Positions 1 through 10,368 of a stretch of 64,000 nt of DNA are shown here, in pieces. Made by a program: the position numbers and the translations under genes. The notes beneath the pieces are model-generated. The model had not been told where the DNA came from. It saw only the letters and a list, made by a program, of their open reading frames with translations, and searched no databases. This DNA comes from an uncultured Verrucomicrobiae bacterium. Its GTDB lineage: Bacteria > Verrucomicrobiota > Verrucomicrobiia > Chthoniobacterales > UBA10450. Every line of letters starts with the position of its first letter. Positions within the stretch are counted from its first letter, which is position 1. The DNA is taken from NCBI GenBank assembly GCA_963815455.1, contig CAWFGO010000002.1, positions 192,001 through 256,000 of the forward strand, written 5' to 3'.

Positions 1-310
1 GTGCGTCCCTAACGACATTGACAATTTCGTCAATGGCCAGCTCGAAGGCGTGGGCGTCGCGTTTTCTGGCGGCAAAAGCACAGAACTGGCAGGAGAGAAC
101 GCAGATGTTGGAATAATTGATGTAGCGATTGTGAATGTAGGTTGCGTAGTTGCCGTTTTTCCGCTCCCGAACAACGTTGGCGATGATACCGAGCGCGTTG
201 AGATCGGTGGAGCGATACAGATCGACCGCATCAGCGTCGGAAATACGCTGCCCCGCCTCCACCTTTTCGGAAATTTTCCTGAGTTCTTTCGGAATCAGCC
301 GGTAATTCAT
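1..310 (-). CDS. mqnE: Radical SAM enzyme of the CofH/MqnC/MqnE family, most like aminofutalosine synthase MqnE (5' part; runs off the window)
   Basis: Manual minus-strand translation from ATG at 310 gives MNYRLIPKEL...RERKNGNYATYIHNRYINYSNICVLSCQFCAF, with a CxxxCxxC motif and NYSNIC context; not in the ORF track. Confidence 0.7.
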   Translation of the reverse strand, partial: MNYRLIPKELRKISEKVEAGQRISDADAVDLYRSTDLNALGIIANVVRERKNGNYATYIHNRYINYSNICVLSCQFCAFAARKRDAHAFELAIDEIVNVVRDA

Positions 311-433
311 TCAGTCTTAAAGTTAAAATCCTGGCCAAGGATGGCACATACCCTTCGCGGCTTGCAACAAAAAGCACAATAGCTAAAGGTCTGGTAATCC
401 CGCCAACGCCGGGAAAGGGAAAATTTTACAGCC

Positions 434-1039
434 ATGTCCCGCATTGATCGAAACCCGGCGGCGGGCGCACAGGAGGAGAACGAGGACGCGCAGCTGATGC
501 AGTTGGTCGGGCGCGGCGACATGGGAGCGTTCGAGAAGCTGGTCGAGCGGCACCAGAGTCTGGTCGCGGGAACAGTGGCGCGGATGCTTGGCAGCAATTC
601 CGACGTCGAGGACATCGCTCAGCAGGTCTTTATTCGCGTTTGGAAGAGCGCCAGCCGTTACACTCCACGGGCGAAATTTACCACCTGGCTGCTAAAGATT
701 ACCCGCAACCTTGTCTTTAACGAACTTCGCCGTTCCAAGCGCCACACCCACGTCCCGCTTCAACCCGAGGCGAGTGTCGATCCGCGTCCGTTAAAAGATG
801 AATCGGGCCTCGCCCCGGATGCATCGCTGTTGGAACTCGAGCTTCAGAGAACAATCGAGCACGCGATCATGAAGCTGCCCGAGGCCCAGCGAATGGCGCT
901 GATTTTGCGTCGCTACGAGGAACTCAGCTACGAGGAAATCGGCGAGGTTCTCGGTCTCTCCGTTCCGGCGGTGAAAAGCGTGTTGTTTCGGGCGAGAACG
1001 GAGCTGCGGGCCCGGCTGAGCAAGTATCTGACCGCGTAA
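434..1039 (+). CDS. ECF sigma-70 family RNA polymerase sigma factor
   Basis: Region 2 (DVEDIAQQVFIRVWK, FTTWLLKITRN) and region 4 HTH (LSYEEIGEVLGLSVPAVKSVLFRAR). Confidence 0.93.
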   Translation: MSRIDRNPAAGAQEENEDAQLMQLVGRGDMGAFEKLVERHQSLVAGTVARMLGSNSDVEDIAQQVFIRVWKSASRYTPRAKFTTWLLKITRNLVFNELRRSKRHTHVPLQPEASVDPRPLKDESGLAPDASLLELELQRTIEHAIMKLPEAQRMALILRRYEELSYEEIGEVLGLSVPAVKSVLFRARTELRARLSKYLTA

Positions 1040-1042
1040 CCC

Positions 1043-1134
1043 GTCATTCTGAGCGAAGCGCAGCGGAGTCGAAGAATCCCGTTGGGGTACTTTGTGCCAG
1101 CATCACGGGATCCTTCGACTTTCGCTCAGGAGAC
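1043..1134. repeat. GTCAT-terminated palindromic (REP/MITE-like) element, copy 1 of 5
   Basis: GTCATTCTGAGCG..GAGTCGAAGAATCCC....GGGATCCTTCGACT..CGCTCAGGAGAC; matches copies at 15334, 19717, 22358, 53878. Confidence 0.85.
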
Positions 1135-1206
1135 CCGGCGCCAAAAAGCAAAAGAGGGCGGACGTCTTGCGAGCATCCGCCCCCTCTCAACCCCACATCT
1201 TGCTGT

Positions 1207-2868
1207 TTAAAAATCGCGATCTTTTGCGCTCGATCTAAATTGCACTTCGTTTGTCGTCTCGGGCGGAGGCGGCATCCCCGGTTTCGCATAATCGGCCGCC
1301 ATCTGACGCTGAGGCGTAGGCACGAGGCGAACTGCGCCCTTGGCGTTGTTTCGCCAGCCATTGGGATCGGCAAACTCTTCGCCGCTGTGATGGATCCCGG
1401 AAACCTGATCTTCCAATCCGGTACCGTAGCGCTGATCGATAATCGTCGGCGTGACGAACACGAGTAGATTACGCTTCGTCCGCGCGTTCAATTTTTCCTG
1501 GAACAGATATCCAAGGATCGGGACGTCACCCAGCACCGGCACTTTGTTGCGGGCCTTGGTGACTTCGTCCTGAAGCAAACCGCCGATGGCCAGGGTGTCC
1601 CCGCTTCGTATGAGAACGTTCGAATCGAGCGAGCGGGTATCGATGATTGGGCTCGATACTGTAGTGCCGACGAAGTCGAAGGTTTGGTCCCCGACCTTGT
1701 TGCTGATCTCCGGCTTCACCATCAGGGTGATAAAGTTGTCCTTGTTCACCGACGGCCGGACCAGAAGCGTGTTTCCATATTTCTTGTCCAGAAATCCGCC
1801 GAACACGGCCTGGGCTGTTTGCTCGTTAAAGTTCAACTGCGGGACGGGCTGGTTCCGGGTAATCTCGATCTTGGCTTGCTGGTTATCGGCTGTCACGATC
1901 CGCGGGTTGGCCAGAAATTCCGCATCGGTATCCTCGTTAAGCAGACGCAACGTGGCCGACAATTGCGGCACAGTGAGGATGGCGAATTGACCAGCAGCCA
2001 GATGGCCGAGACTGCCGAAAAAGTTGTTGTTGCCTGGGTTGCCCAGCACAAATGGGCCGGAGCCACCGTCAGCATTGGTCCCGCCGTACGTGATGGTCTG
2101 CGCTTTGGTCGAGCTGCCAACCACGCCGCCCCAGTTAATGCCGTAGCTCTGCTTCGGATTTGCCGTCACCTCGACCAGGCGCGCTTCGATCATGACTTGC
2201 TTGGTCGGCTTGTCGATCTGCACGAGCATGCTCCGGATGTGATCGATATTGCTGCGGGTCTCGCGAAAGAAAATTGTGTTTGTGCGTTCGTCGATCTGGG
2301 GAGCGTCTTTGCTGGCGAGTTGGGAGGCCATGAGCGGCGCGGTGTCTTTCGCCCGCGCGTAACTGAATTGATAGCTGTCCGACTCGGTGGGTTCTTTCGC
2401 TCGCTCGGTATCGGTCTTAACGTAATAGACGCTGTCGATCTTATCCATGAAAAGGCCTTTGGCCTTCACGATGATCTCGATCGCCTGCAGAGCCGAAACA
2501 TCCTCCAATCGCATCGTCACGGTGCCGACAACGGCTTCGCTTACCACCAGATTGATCTTGGCCTGCCGGGCCAGCAATCGAAGGACCTGGCCGACGTCGT
2601 CGCCCTGAAATTCGCGAACACCCACTCCGCCGCTCTCGACCACGCTGTCTTGTTCGGGCGCGTTGGTCTTAACGGTTGCCGCGGGCGAGGCCGCTGCCGT
2701 GGCCGGCGCTTGAACCACTAACATCGACGAGTTGTCGGCGCTGGCGCTGCTAGGCGCAGCAGTTGTTCCGGCACCCGGTGCGGGCGCGCTGGTTTGTGCG
2801 TGCGAAAAGGACAATGCACCGAACAACGCCACCGCTGCACAGCCCAAGGGTTTGAAGGAATTTGCCAT
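1207..2868 (-). CDS. Secretin (PilQ/GspD-type outer membrane protein)
   Basis: Signal peptide from MANSFKP; N-domains; QVMIEARLVEV, LANPRIVTADN, LAIGGLL, KVPVLGDVPILGYLF, LLVFVTPTII secretin motifs; start chosen at ATG 2868. Confidence 0.9.
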   Translation of the reverse strand: MANSFKPLGCAAVALFGALSFSHAQTSAPAPGAGTTAAPSSASADNSSMLVVQAPATAAASPAATVKTNAPEQDSVVESGGVGVREFQGDDVGQVLRLLARQAKINLVVSEAVVGTVTMRLEDVSALQAIEIIVKAKGLFMDKIDSVYYVKTDTERAKEPTESDSYQFSYARAKDTAPLMASQLASKDAPQIDERTNTIFFRETRSNIDHIRSMLVQIDKPTKQVMIEARLVEVTANPKQSYGINWGGVVGSSTKAQTITYGGTNADGGSGPFVLGNPGNNNFFGSLGHLAAGQFAILTVPQLSATLRLLNEDTDAEFLANPRIVTADNQQAKIEITRNQPVPQLNFNEQTAQAVFGGFLDKKYGNTLLVRPSVNKDNFITLMVKPEISNKVGDQTFDFVGTTVSSPIIDTRSLDSNVLIRSGDTLAIGGLLQDEVTKARNKVPVLGDVPILGYLFQEKLNARTKRNLLVFVTPTIIDQRYGTGLEDQVSGIHHSGEEFADPNGWRNNAKGAVRLVPTPQRQMAADYAKPGMPPPPETTNEVQFRSSAKDRDF

Positions 2869-3003
2869 AGTTACGATGGAGATTGATAAGTGCGGCCTGT
2901 CTAAAGCAGGAAGCAGACCAGCACCGGCTGCGACTTTCCGGTTCCTCAATAAGGACCCTGGCGCGGAACTCCCGGGCACTGTTGGCGGCACAGCCGCAGC
3001 GGG

Positions 3004-3115
3004 AAGCACCAAACCCCAAGCACCAAATTCCAACGAAACCCAATTCTCGAAATGCCGAGATGCTAACGCCGCCTTTTGAGGGTTGGTTATTGGAGCTTCT
3101 TTGCGATTTGGCGCT
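3004..3115. repeat. Degenerate inverted element with 7-bp tandem arms (AAGCACC/AAATTCC ... TTGGAGC)
   Basis: AAGCACCAAACCCCAAGCACCAAATTCCAA at 3004-3033 and a complementary TTGG-rich arm at 3083-3115 next to a stop codon. Confidence 0.5.
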
Positions 3116-3117
3116 CT

Positions 3118-3534
3118 CTATTCCGGTTCGACAACCCGGCCCTTCACTCGCTTGATCTGGGCATGGTGAGCAAGGGTGTAAACGCGCCCGTCGCTGCCGC
3201 GAAAAAACGCGCTCAGGATCCAACTGACAATGCTGATCACGATCGCGCCCCAGAAAGCGCTCCAAAAACTGTCTACCTGGAAGCCGATCACGATATGCGG
3301 AACCAGCAGCAGCATTAGTCCGTTCACAATCAGAATGAAGAGACCGAGGGTCAGCAAGATCAGCGGTGCGCTAAGAATGAGCAGCACTGGTCGCACAAAG
3401 GCATTCAGGATCCCCAGGAGAAGCGACGCGCCAATGAGCGACGCCACGGTGTCATACCGGATTCCCTGGTTGATCGACGAAGCGACCATCACGGCAACAG
3501 TCGTTATAGCCCACCGAAAAATGAAGTGTCGCAT
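3118..3534 (-). CDS. Phage holin family / YvlD (DUF360) 4-TM membrane protein
   Basis: LLGILNAFVRPVLLILSAPLILLTLGLFILIVNGLML...GFQVDSFWSAFWGAIVISIVS. Confidence 0.85.
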   Translation of the reverse strand: MRHFIFRWAITTVAVMVASSINQGIRYDTVASLIGASLLLGILNAFVRPVLLILSAPLILLTLGLFILIVNGLMLLLVPHIVIGFQVDSFWSAFWGAIVISIVSWILSAFFRGSDGRVYTLAHHAQIKRVKGRVVEPE

Positions 3535-3648
3535 CTTCTGAAATCCTACCTGCGATTCGAATTCGTGCCAACTCTCGCCCGAGAAAACCACTTGCCAATC
3601 TTCCGGTGCAGGCTAATGCGATTACAATCATCAAGACCAAGGAAATCC

Positions 3649-3966
3649 GTGCCGAAAAAAAGTAAAAACAGCCAAGACCAGAGCGTTCCCGGTCGAGCAG
3701 CTCACGACGCAAAAGGCGCCAAAAAGCCGGCCCGGGGAAGATCGACAAGTGCCCGGAAGCCGGCCGCCGCAGGAAAGAAAAAGGCCGCTGCCAGCCCCGG
3801 CCCGGCCAAGGGATCGCGGGCGACGTCTATCCATCCGACGGACGAAGAAATCCGGCTGCGGGCCTATTTTATTGCCGAGCGGCGGCATCGGCTCGGGCTA
3901 GCAGGCGATTCCAATGGTGATTGGCTCGAAGCTAAGCGCCAGCTCGCTGCCGAGACATCACGCTGA
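3649..3966 (+). CDS. DUF2934-like protein with basic, Ala/Lys-rich N-terminus
   Basis: PTDEEIRLRAYFIAERR...DWLEAKRQL; GTG start after AGGAA. Confidence 0.75.
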   Translation: MPKKSKNSQDQSVPGRAAHDAKGAKKPARGRSTSARKPAAAGKKKAAASPGPAKGSRATSIHPTDEEIRLRAYFIAERRHRLGLAGDSNGDWLEAKRQLAAETSR

Positions 3967-4386
3967 TGTAGCCTCGATCCCGGGCACGGCATTGCGGACC
4001 TTTTCCATAAGCCGATTCATCACAAACGGCTTGGCAATGAAACCGGCCACCCCGGGCTCCTTCAATAATTCCTGGGCGCGCGTTTCATCGCCTTTACCCG
4101 AGACCAGCAACAGCGGCGGCACTATTCGCGCCGGCTCGATGCTATTGTAAACCTTGCCGATGAGGAAAAAGAGCATGGCGCCGTCGATCATCGGCATCGA
4201 GAAATCGAAAATGAAAAGGTCATACTTTTTCTTGAGCGCGAGTTCGAAGCCGTATTCCGGCTTGGGAGAGGTGTCCACCTCGCAGCGAAAATAGCTGCCC
4301 AAAGCTTCCCGCATTATGCCCAGCAGGGCGACTTCGTCATCCACCATCAAAATCCGTTTGGGACGGCTCTTAGCCATGGGGCCCAT
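3958..4386 (-). CDS. Single-domain response regulator (receiver)
   Basis: ILMVDDE, FIFDFSMPMIDG, LLLVSG, FIAKPF motifs. Confidence 0.9.
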   Translation of the reverse strand: MGPMAKSRPKRILMVDDEVALLGIMREALGSYFRCEVDTSPKPEYGFELALKKKYDLFIFDFSMPMIDGAMLFFLIGKVYNSIEPARIVPPLLLVSGKGDETRAQELLKEPGVAGFIAKPFVMNRLMEKVRNAVPGIEATSA

Positions 4387-4389
4387 TTA

Positions 4390-4480
4390 ACCACGAATAG
4401 ACACGAATGAACACGAATTCGTGAGACAGTCTCGCCTATAACCTTTTCTTTATTCGTGTCGATTCGTGTTTATTAGTGGT
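4390..4480. mobile_element. Empty hairpin element with 29-bp inverted arms of ACACGAAT units (MITE-like partner of the GxxExxY cassette)
   Basis: ACCACGAATAGACACGAATGAACACGAAT ... ATTCGTGTCGATTCGTGTTTATTAGTGGT; same arm design as 33065-33093 and 33465-33493. Confidence 0.7.
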
Positions 4481-4488
4481 TACTTCAG

Positions 4489-4722
4489 ATGCAGAACTTG
4501 ATTGTCGATCTTACCCGCGCTTTACGGGAGCGCCTTGCCATCATTGGCGACAAAGAAAGCCGCCGCGACGAGTCCGCGCACCTGGCTCGGCTGCGAAACG
4601 TCTCGGAGACGATCGACAAATTGCAGGCGGCGCTTCCGCAGTCGATCGATCCGCAGTTGGCGCATTATCTCCAGCGCCGAAGCTACGATAAGGCGCTCGA
4701 GTTTCTGGAAGGACGGGCTTAG
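4489..4722 (+). CDS. Small hypothetical helical protein
   Basis: 77-aa ORF with plausible composition (LPQSIDPQLAHYLQRRSYDKALEFL), convergent with rpsD. Confidence 0.65.
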   Translation: MQNLIVDLTRALRERLAIIGDKESRRDESAHLARLRNVSETIDKLQAALPQSIDPQLAHYLQRRSYDKALEFLEGRA

Positions 4723-4756
4723 TCCCGTGCCTAATTCGGCAAACGCGTCCGCTCAA

Positions 4757-5368
4757 TTATCGCGAATACAACTCGACGATGAGCTGCTCGTTGACGATCG
4801 GGTGCATCTCTTCACGGGTCGGAATCCGGGCGACCTTGCCGCTTAGCGCATCGCGATCGACCGTCAGCCAGTCCGGCACCGGGGCGATTTGAGTAAGATC
4901 GAGATTGCGCAGAACAAGCTGACGCGATTTGGGCTTGTCCTTGATCGTGACTTCGTCGCCTGCTTTCACGTTGTAGGAGGCAATGTTGACCCGGCGACCA
5001 TTCACCTGCACGTGACCGTGCGAAACGATTTGGCGGGCGGCATTGCGCGTGTTGGCCAGGCCGAGCCGGAATACTACGTTGTCGAGCCGGGTCTCGAGAA
5101 GCTGTAAAAGCGTTTCACCAGTGACACCTCGTTTGCGCAACGCATTTTGGAAAATCCGGCGGAATTGACGCTCCAGCAGCCCATATTGGTAGCGAAGCTT
5201 CTGCTTTTCGCCGAGCGCGATCGCATATTCCGACTGTTTGCGGCGAGAGCCCCTTGGGCCGTGCATGCCCGGCGGATAATTTTTTCGTTCGAGAGATTTG
5301 GAAGAGCCGAAGATCGGCACGCCGTAACGGCGGCTGACTTTCGTTTTTGGTCCGGTATATCTGCCCAT
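4757..5368 (-). CDS. rpsD: 30S ribosomal protein S4
   Basis: MGRYTGPKTKVSRR, EKQKLRYQYG, LETRLDNVVFRLG, IVELYSR. Confidence 0.98.
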   Translation of the reverse strand: MGRYTGPKTKVSRRYGVPIFGSSKSLERKNYPPGMHGPRGSRRKQSEYAIALGEKQKLRYQYGLLERQFRRIFQNALRKRGVTGETLLQLLETRLDNVVFRLGLANTRNAARQIVSHGHVQVNGRRVNIASYNVKAGDEVTIKDKPKSRQLVLRNLDLTQIAPVPDWLTVDRDALSGKVARIPTREEMHPIVNEQLIVELYSR

Positions 5369-5407
5369 GTGAAAAAGTTTAAGGTTGAGAGTTGGTAGTT
5401 GAGAGAA

Positions 5408-6028
5408 TCAGACGCGGCGTTGTTTTGGCGGGCGGCAGCCGTTATGCGGCACGGGGGTGACGTCGCGGATGAGGGTGAGATCGAGGCCGATTGCCTGCAA
5501 AGCACGCACAGCCGATTCGCGGCCGGCGCCCGGTCCCCGGACCAGGACTTCGACTTCTTTGAGACCATGCCCCATTGCTTGCCGTGAGGCGTCCTGGGCG
5601 ACCATTTGCGCCGCATAAGCGGTGCTCTTGCGGGAGCCCTTGAAACCGACTTTTCCCGCGCTGGACCAGCCGATCACGTTTCCGTTCATGTCTGTGATCG
5701 TCACAATCGTGTTGTTAAACGTGGCCAGGACATGGGCGATACCCGAATGCACATTCTTGCTGCCCTTTGCCTTGACGATCTTCGGCTTCTCCACGTCATC
5801 GGGCGAAAGGGAAAGATTCTCCACCGGTGGCGCGGCCGCAGCGGGCTCTTCCTTCTTGCCTTTAGCAGGTTTTTTTGCCGGTTTTTCCACCGTCTCAGCA
5901 CTGGGCGGCGCAGCCTGCGCCAGCGGAGCGGAGACCGCGTCTGGTTTTGGCACGCTCGCTTCGCTTTTCTCCGCCTCGACGGATGCCTCTTTTTCCTTCG
6001 TCGCCTTCGGTTTCTTTGATTCAGCCAT
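5408..6028 (-). CDS. rpsK: 30S ribosomal protein S11 with long N-terminal extension
   Basis: [57 protein letters not shown]. Confidence 0.97.
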   Translation of the reverse strand: MAESKKPKATKEKEASVEAEKSEASVPKPDAVSAPLAQAAPPSAETVEKPAKKPAKGKKEEPAAAAPPVENLSLSPDDVEKPKIVKAKGSKNVHSGIAHVLATFNNTIVTITDMNGNVIGWSSAGKVGFKGSRKSTAYAAQMVAQDASRQAMGHGLKEVEVLVRGPGAGRESAVRALQAIGLDLTLIRDVTPVPHNGCRPPKQRRV

Positions 6029-6040
6029 GATGATTAATTT

Positions 6041-6436
6041 TTAGACAACGCCCGATTTTGCTTCCTTGCTGCGAATCACGCCCACCGTCTTGCGCGGCCC
6101 TTTGCGGGTGCGCGCATTTGTCGATGTTCGCTGGCCGCGCACCGGTAAGCCGCGACGATGCCGGATTCCGCGATAACAATTGATCGCCTGCAAGCGCTTC
6201 AAATTACTTTGCACATCCCGGCGCAAATCGCCTTCGATCTTGATCTTGTTGTTGGTGATTGCGTGAATGATTTCGTTCAATTGCTGCGGGGTAAGCTTTT
6301 TCGCCCGCAGATTCGGATCGATGTTTGTCTGCTCAAGGATCCGCCTGGCGGTTGCCAGACCGATCCCGAAAATATAGGTGAGCGAAGCCTCGATGCGCTT
6401 CTCCGCTGGTATTTCAACTCCGAGTAATCTTGGCAT
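6041..6436 (-). CDS. rpsM: 30S ribosomal protein S13
   Basis: [35 protein letters not shown]. Confidence 0.98.
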   Translation of the reverse strand: MPRLLGVEIPAEKRIEASLTYIFGIGLATARRILEQTNIDPNLRAKKLTPQQLNEIIHAITNNKIKIEGDLRRDVQSNLKRLQAINCYRGIRHRRGLPVRGQRTSTNARTRKGPRKTVGVIRSKEAKSGVV

Positions 6437-6462
6437 GGTAAATCGTTATTTCTCTACTGCTG

Positions 6463-6576
6463 TCAGCCCTGGCGCTGTTTATGGCGCGGGTTCTTGCAGA
6501 TCACGCGCACCACGTTCTTGCGCTTCACAATTCTGCAACTGGCACAAATTCTTTTTACTGATGGTCGTACTTTCAT
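6463..6576 (-). CDS. rpmJ: 50S ribosomal protein L36 (zinc-ribbon type)
   Basis: Manual translation [37 protein letters not shown]; below the ORF-track size cut-off. Confidence 0.97.
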   Translation of the reverse strand: MKVRPSVKRICASCRIVKRKNVVRVICKNPRHKQRQG

Positions 6577-6611
6577 AAATCAAAGGAAAACGCGGAGACA
6601 GGCCCGCGCAG

Positions 6612-6830
6612 TCATTTCTGGCGAAATGTGATTCGCCCCTTCGACAAATCGTAAGGTGAAATCTCTAGCATAACTTTGTCTCCTGGCAAGATGCGAATGA
6701 AGTGCAGCCGCATTTTGCCCGAAATATGGGCCAGGATACGATGGCCATTGGGTAATTCGACCCGAAACATGGTATTGGGCAGCAGCTCAACGACCTTGCC
6801 CTCTACTTCAATTGCGTCTTTCCGCGCCAT
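6612..6830 (-). CDS. infA: Translation initiation factor IF-1
   Basis: [25 protein letters not shown]...[13 protein letters not shown]. Confidence 0.98.
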   Translation of the reverse strand: MARKDAIEVEGKVVELLPNTMFRVELPNGHRILAHISGKMRLHFIRILPGDKVMLEISPYDLSKGRITFRQK

Positions 6831-7579
6831 GTCAGGATTTCAGGCTCATCCTTCGTGATCAAGACCGTGTGCTCGAAGTGGGCCGAAGGCAGACCATCCG
6901 CGGTCCGCACCGTCCAGCCGTCCTCCAGCAATCTCACTTCCGACGTGCCGACGTTAATCATCGGCTCGATGGCCAGCGTCATGCCGGCCTTCAATTTCGG
7001 GCCGCTCCCGCGTCTGCCGTAATTGGGGATTTGCGGCTCCTCGTGCATCTTTCGACCTACTCCGTGCCCGACAAATTCGCGCACAACCGCGAAGCCAAAA
7101 CGCCGCGCCTCATCTTCGATTTCGGCGCAAATATCGCCAACCCGCCGGCCCTCGTGAGCCGCCGAAATCGCGCGGGTAAGCGCATTTTGGGTGGCGCGCA
7201 ATAATCGGTCGGTTCGTTCGTCAATGATTCCGACCGGCACGGTCGTGGCGTTATCACCGACCCAACCATCCCGAATCACCCCGATATCCAGCTTCACAAT
7301 GTCGCCATATTGGATCCGCCGCTGGTTACCGATCCCGTGCACGACCTCGTCGTTTAGCGAAATGCAGATATTGCCCGGGAAAACGCGATGACCGAGCCGA
7401 TAACCGAGAAACGCGCTTTTCACGCCCGCATCGCTCATCAAGTCCGCGGCTGCTTCGTCCACTTCCTTGGTCGTAATACCGGGCCGAACCAGCTCACTCA
7501 CTCGATCGAGAATTTCGCTCGCCGTTCGGCACGCTTGCCGCATCTTCTCGATCTCCTTGGCGTTCTTGATCGGAATCAT
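6803..7579 (-). CDS. map: Type I methionine aminopeptidase
   Basis: [49 protein letters not shown]. Confidence 0.97.
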   Translation of the reverse strand: MIPIKNAKEIEKMRQACRTASEILDRVSELVRPGITTKEVDEAAADLMSDAGVKSAFLGYRLGHRVFPGNICISLNDEVVHGIGNQRRIQYGDIVKLDIGVIRDGWVGDNATTVPVGIIDERTDRLLRATQNALTRAISAAHEGRRVGDICAEIEDEARRFGFAVVREFVGHGVGRKMHEEPQIPNYGRRGSGPKLKAGMTLAIEPMINVGTSEVRLLEDGWTVRTADGLPSAHFEHTVLITKDEPEILTWRGKTQLK

Positions 7580-8235
7580 GCCGGCACCTTGCTTTCAAGC
7601 AGCCGCGAAATATCCGCGAAAACTGTTTCCCGGTCCCGGTTCCCGTCGATCCGATGCAAGATCGACATCTTCTCGTAAAATGCGGCCAGCGGCTCGGTCT
7701 TGGCGTGAAATTCCTGCAGTCGCGTTTGCAGGATGCTCACGTCATCATCGTTGCGGCGCACCAGCGGGCCATCGCAGTAAGGACAGATCGGGCGCTCGGC
7801 AAACTTCGCGCTCGATGCGCTGGTGGTAAATCCGCACTCCCCGCATTGCAGCCGGCCCGAAATGCGATCGTGAACTGTCTTTTCGGAAACTTCCAGCCAG
7901 ATGGCCAGATCGAGAGCCGTGTGCACCCGTTCCAAAATCTTCTCCAGGCTTTGCGCCTGGGGCAAAGTGCGGGGAAACCCATCGAAAATAAATCCGTGCG
8001 CGCCGTGCAACCGCAGCCAGTCCTCAATCAGCTTCACAATGATCTCATCCGATACCAGCCCGCCCCGCTGAGTGATTTCGGCCGTCGCCAGCCCCAGCGA
8101 GGTGCCGAGATCGCGTTCCCGCCGCAAGATCGCTCCCGGGGACGTGACCGGGATCCCAAACTGTCGAGTCAGCATTTCGGCCTGGGTTCCTTTTCCCGAG
8201 CCAGGCGCGCCTAGCAGAACGAGTCGCCTTTTCAC
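7576..8235 (-). CDS. adk: Adenylate kinase (zinc-lid)
   Basis: GAPGSGKGTQ P-loop, DGFPRT, CxxC...CxxC lid; GTG start overlaps secY stop. Confidence 0.93.
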   Translation of the reverse strand: MKRRLVLLGAPGSGKGTQAEMLTRQFGIPVTSPGAILRRERDLGTSLGLATAEITQRGGLVSDEIIVKLIEDWLRLHGAHGFIFDGFPRTLPQAQSLEKILERVHTALDLAIWLEVSEKTVHDRISGRLQCGECGFTTSASSAKFAERPICPYCDGPLVRRNDDDVSILQTRLQEFHAKTEPLAAFYEKMSILHRIDGNRDRETVFADISRLLESKVPA

Positions 8236-9740
8236 CTGGGGCCGTAGAGAAAAATTGCCACTCCGGCGATCACCAGCACGGCGATGCCCACGTAAAGCCA
8301 CATCAGCGCGCCCTGTCCGGCCGCCTCGCCGCGACTGTAAGCCGCACGATCAAAGGAACGCCCGCGAATCCGGCCCTTGCGCAGAAATCCGTCGTAATGG
8401 CGCTGAATCAAATGCGTCTCCACCTGCCGCATCGTATCCAGAATCACGCCGACGATAATCAACAAGCTCGTGCCGCCAAAAAATTGCGCCGTGATTTGAG
8501 GAACATTCAGTCCCTGGCTCATCAGGGCGGGAAGGATCGCGATGAGGGTCAGGAAAATCGCCCCTGCAAAAGTCAGGCGTGTCATCGTGAAATCGAGAAA
8601 ATCCGCGGTCGGCTTGCCCGGACGCACGCCTGGAATGTAGCCGCCGTATTTTTTCAAATCATCCGCAATTTGCGCCGGCTGAAACTGCGTTGCGACCCAA
8701 AAATAACTGAAGAAGAAAATCATCCCCGCCAGAACCGCGTAGTGCGGCCAACCGGTGGAAAGCGCGCTGGCGATCCGCGCAGCCGTCGGGCTCTGCGGAA
8801 ACGCGTAGCCAACAATTGTGGTCGGGAACAAAAGCAAAGCCCACGCGAAAATGATCGGCATCACTCCGGCGTAGTTCACTTTTAACGGCATATATTGCGT
8901 CTGACCGCCGTACATTTTGCGACCGATCACTCGCTTGGCGTACTGCACGGTTATTTTGCGCACACCCTGGGTGATCGCGATGACTCCGGCGATGACGATG
9001 AACAAGAACGCCACCATCAACACCAAAATGGCCGGATTGACCTGACTCGTGCCAGTCGCCGCCGAAGGAACAAACGTCTTCCAGGCCTGCGCCAAAGCCG
9101 CCGGCAAGCGCGCCACGATGCCGATCGTAATAATAAGCGAAATCCCGTTGCCAATGCCGCGCTCGGTGATTTGATCGCCCAGCCACATTAGAAAAAGCGT
9201 TCCCGTGGTGAGCGAAATCACGGTCACGATACGAAACGTCCACCCGGAATCCTCCACCAATGGGATACCGAGTCGCTGGATCGTGTCGGAAATTCCTCCC
9301 AGCACAATGTGATACGACTCCGGGTGCTGAAACGATACCGCGAGCATGTAGCCTTGAAAAATACAAAGCCCGACCGTCGCGTAGCGGGTTAACTGCATGA
9401 TCTTCTGCCGCCCGCCATCTTCGCGGGCCAGCCTGCTCAATTGCGGGATTACCGCCGTGAGCAGCTGCATCATGATCGACGCGCTGATGTAAGGCATGAT
9501 GCCCAGCGAAAATACGGCGCAGTTTTCCAATGCGCCGCCGCTGAATAAATTGAACAAGGCGCCAACGCCGCCTCCAGATCCCTTAGCTGCGCTGTTGAAC
9601 CATTCTTGCAGCACAGCCTGATTCACCCCCGGTGTGGTGATCGCGGCGCCCAGGCGCACAATGACGATCACCGCCAGCGTAAACAGGATGCGACGGCGCA
9701 ACTCCGGTATCTTGACCGAGTTTAGAAACGCCGAGACCAT
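8232..9740 (-). CDS. secY: Preprotein translocase subunit SecY
   Basis: LGIMPYISASI, GIGNGISLII, NYAGVMPIIFA, IPGVRPG, GGTSLLIIVGV; extra C-terminal hydrophobic segment. Confidence 0.98.
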   Translation of the reverse strand: MVSAFLNSVKIPELRRRILFTLAVIVIVRLGAAITTPGVNQAVLQEWFNSAAKGSGGGVGALFNLFSGGALENCAVFSLGIMPYISASIMMQLLTAVIPQLSRLAREDGGRQKIMQLTRYATVGLCIFQGYMLAVSFQHPESYHIVLGGISDTIQRLGIPLVEDSGWTFRIVTVISLTTGTLFLMWLGDQITERGIGNGISLIITIGIVARLPAALAQAWKTFVPSAATGTSQVNPAILVLMVAFLFIVIAGVIAITQGVRKITVQYAKRVIGRKMYGGQTQYMPLKVNYAGVMPIIFAWALLLFPTTIVGYAFPQSPTAARIASALSTGWPHYAVLAGMIFFFSYFWVATQFQPAQIADDLKKYGGYIPGVRPGKPTADFLDFTMTRLTFAGAIFLTLIAILPALMSQGLNVPQITAQFFGGTSLLIIVGVILDTMRQVETHLIQRHYDGFLRKGRIRGRSFDRAAYSRGEAAGQGALMWLYVGIAVLVIAGVAIFLYGPR

Positions 9741-9771
9741 TCGCTAAATCTGGAGCATCGCCTGACGAGCG

Positions 9772-10368
9772 CTAGCCCTTCTTTGATGCTTTCTTCTTGG
9801 GCGATTTCGCCTTAGCCGCGGCTTTGGTTGTCGATCTTTTCTTCGCAGGCGAAGCAGGCGCCGCCTTCTCCGCCGCAGCATCGACTTGTTCCTGCACGGC
9901 TGCCGCCGTTTCCGCTCGCCGGTCCCGCAATGTGATCGTTCCACCGGCCTTCTCGATCTTTTCCCGGGCCGCCGCGCTCACTTTGTCGGCCTCAACGGTC
10001 AGGCCGTGTTTCAATTCGCCATCACCGAGGATTTTTATTCCAACGAAATGACCGCGCACCAGGTTCGATTCGCGCAATAGCTTCTCGTTTACGACCGTCC
10101 CGGCCTTGAATCCTTTGAGAAGATCGAGATTAACGATCGCGTAATGCTTGTGAAACGCTGCGTTGTTGAAGCCGCGCTTTGGCAATCGCCGGATCAACGG
10201 CATTTGCCCGCCTTCGAACCCGAGCCGAATGCTGCCGCCGGAGCGCGCCTTTTGCCCCTTGTGGCCCTTGCCGCTCGTCTTTCCGTGTCCGGAGCTCTCA
10301 CCGCAACCGAGCCGTTTGACCCGATGCCGTGAACCCGGACGCGGCCGCAGATTATGAAGACGCATCAT
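9772..10368 (-). CDS. rplO: 50S ribosomal protein L15 with Ala/Lys-rich C-terminal tail
   Basis: [35 protein letters not shown]. Confidence 0.97.
   Translation of the reverse strand: MMRLHNLRPRPGSRHRVKRLGCGESSGHGKTSGKGHKGQKARSGGSIRLGFEGGQMPLIRRLPKRGFNNAAFHKHYAIVNLDLLKGFKAGTVVNEKLLRESNLVRGHFVGIKILGDGELKHGLTVEADKVSAAAREKIEKAGGTITLRDRRAETAAAVQEQVDAAAEKAAPASPAKKRSTTKAAAKAKSPKKKASKKG

Noticed and set aside
3118..3534. Holin-family gene as evidence of a prophage
   Set aside because: No phage structural, integrase or lysin genes nearby; this membrane family is common in chromosomes.
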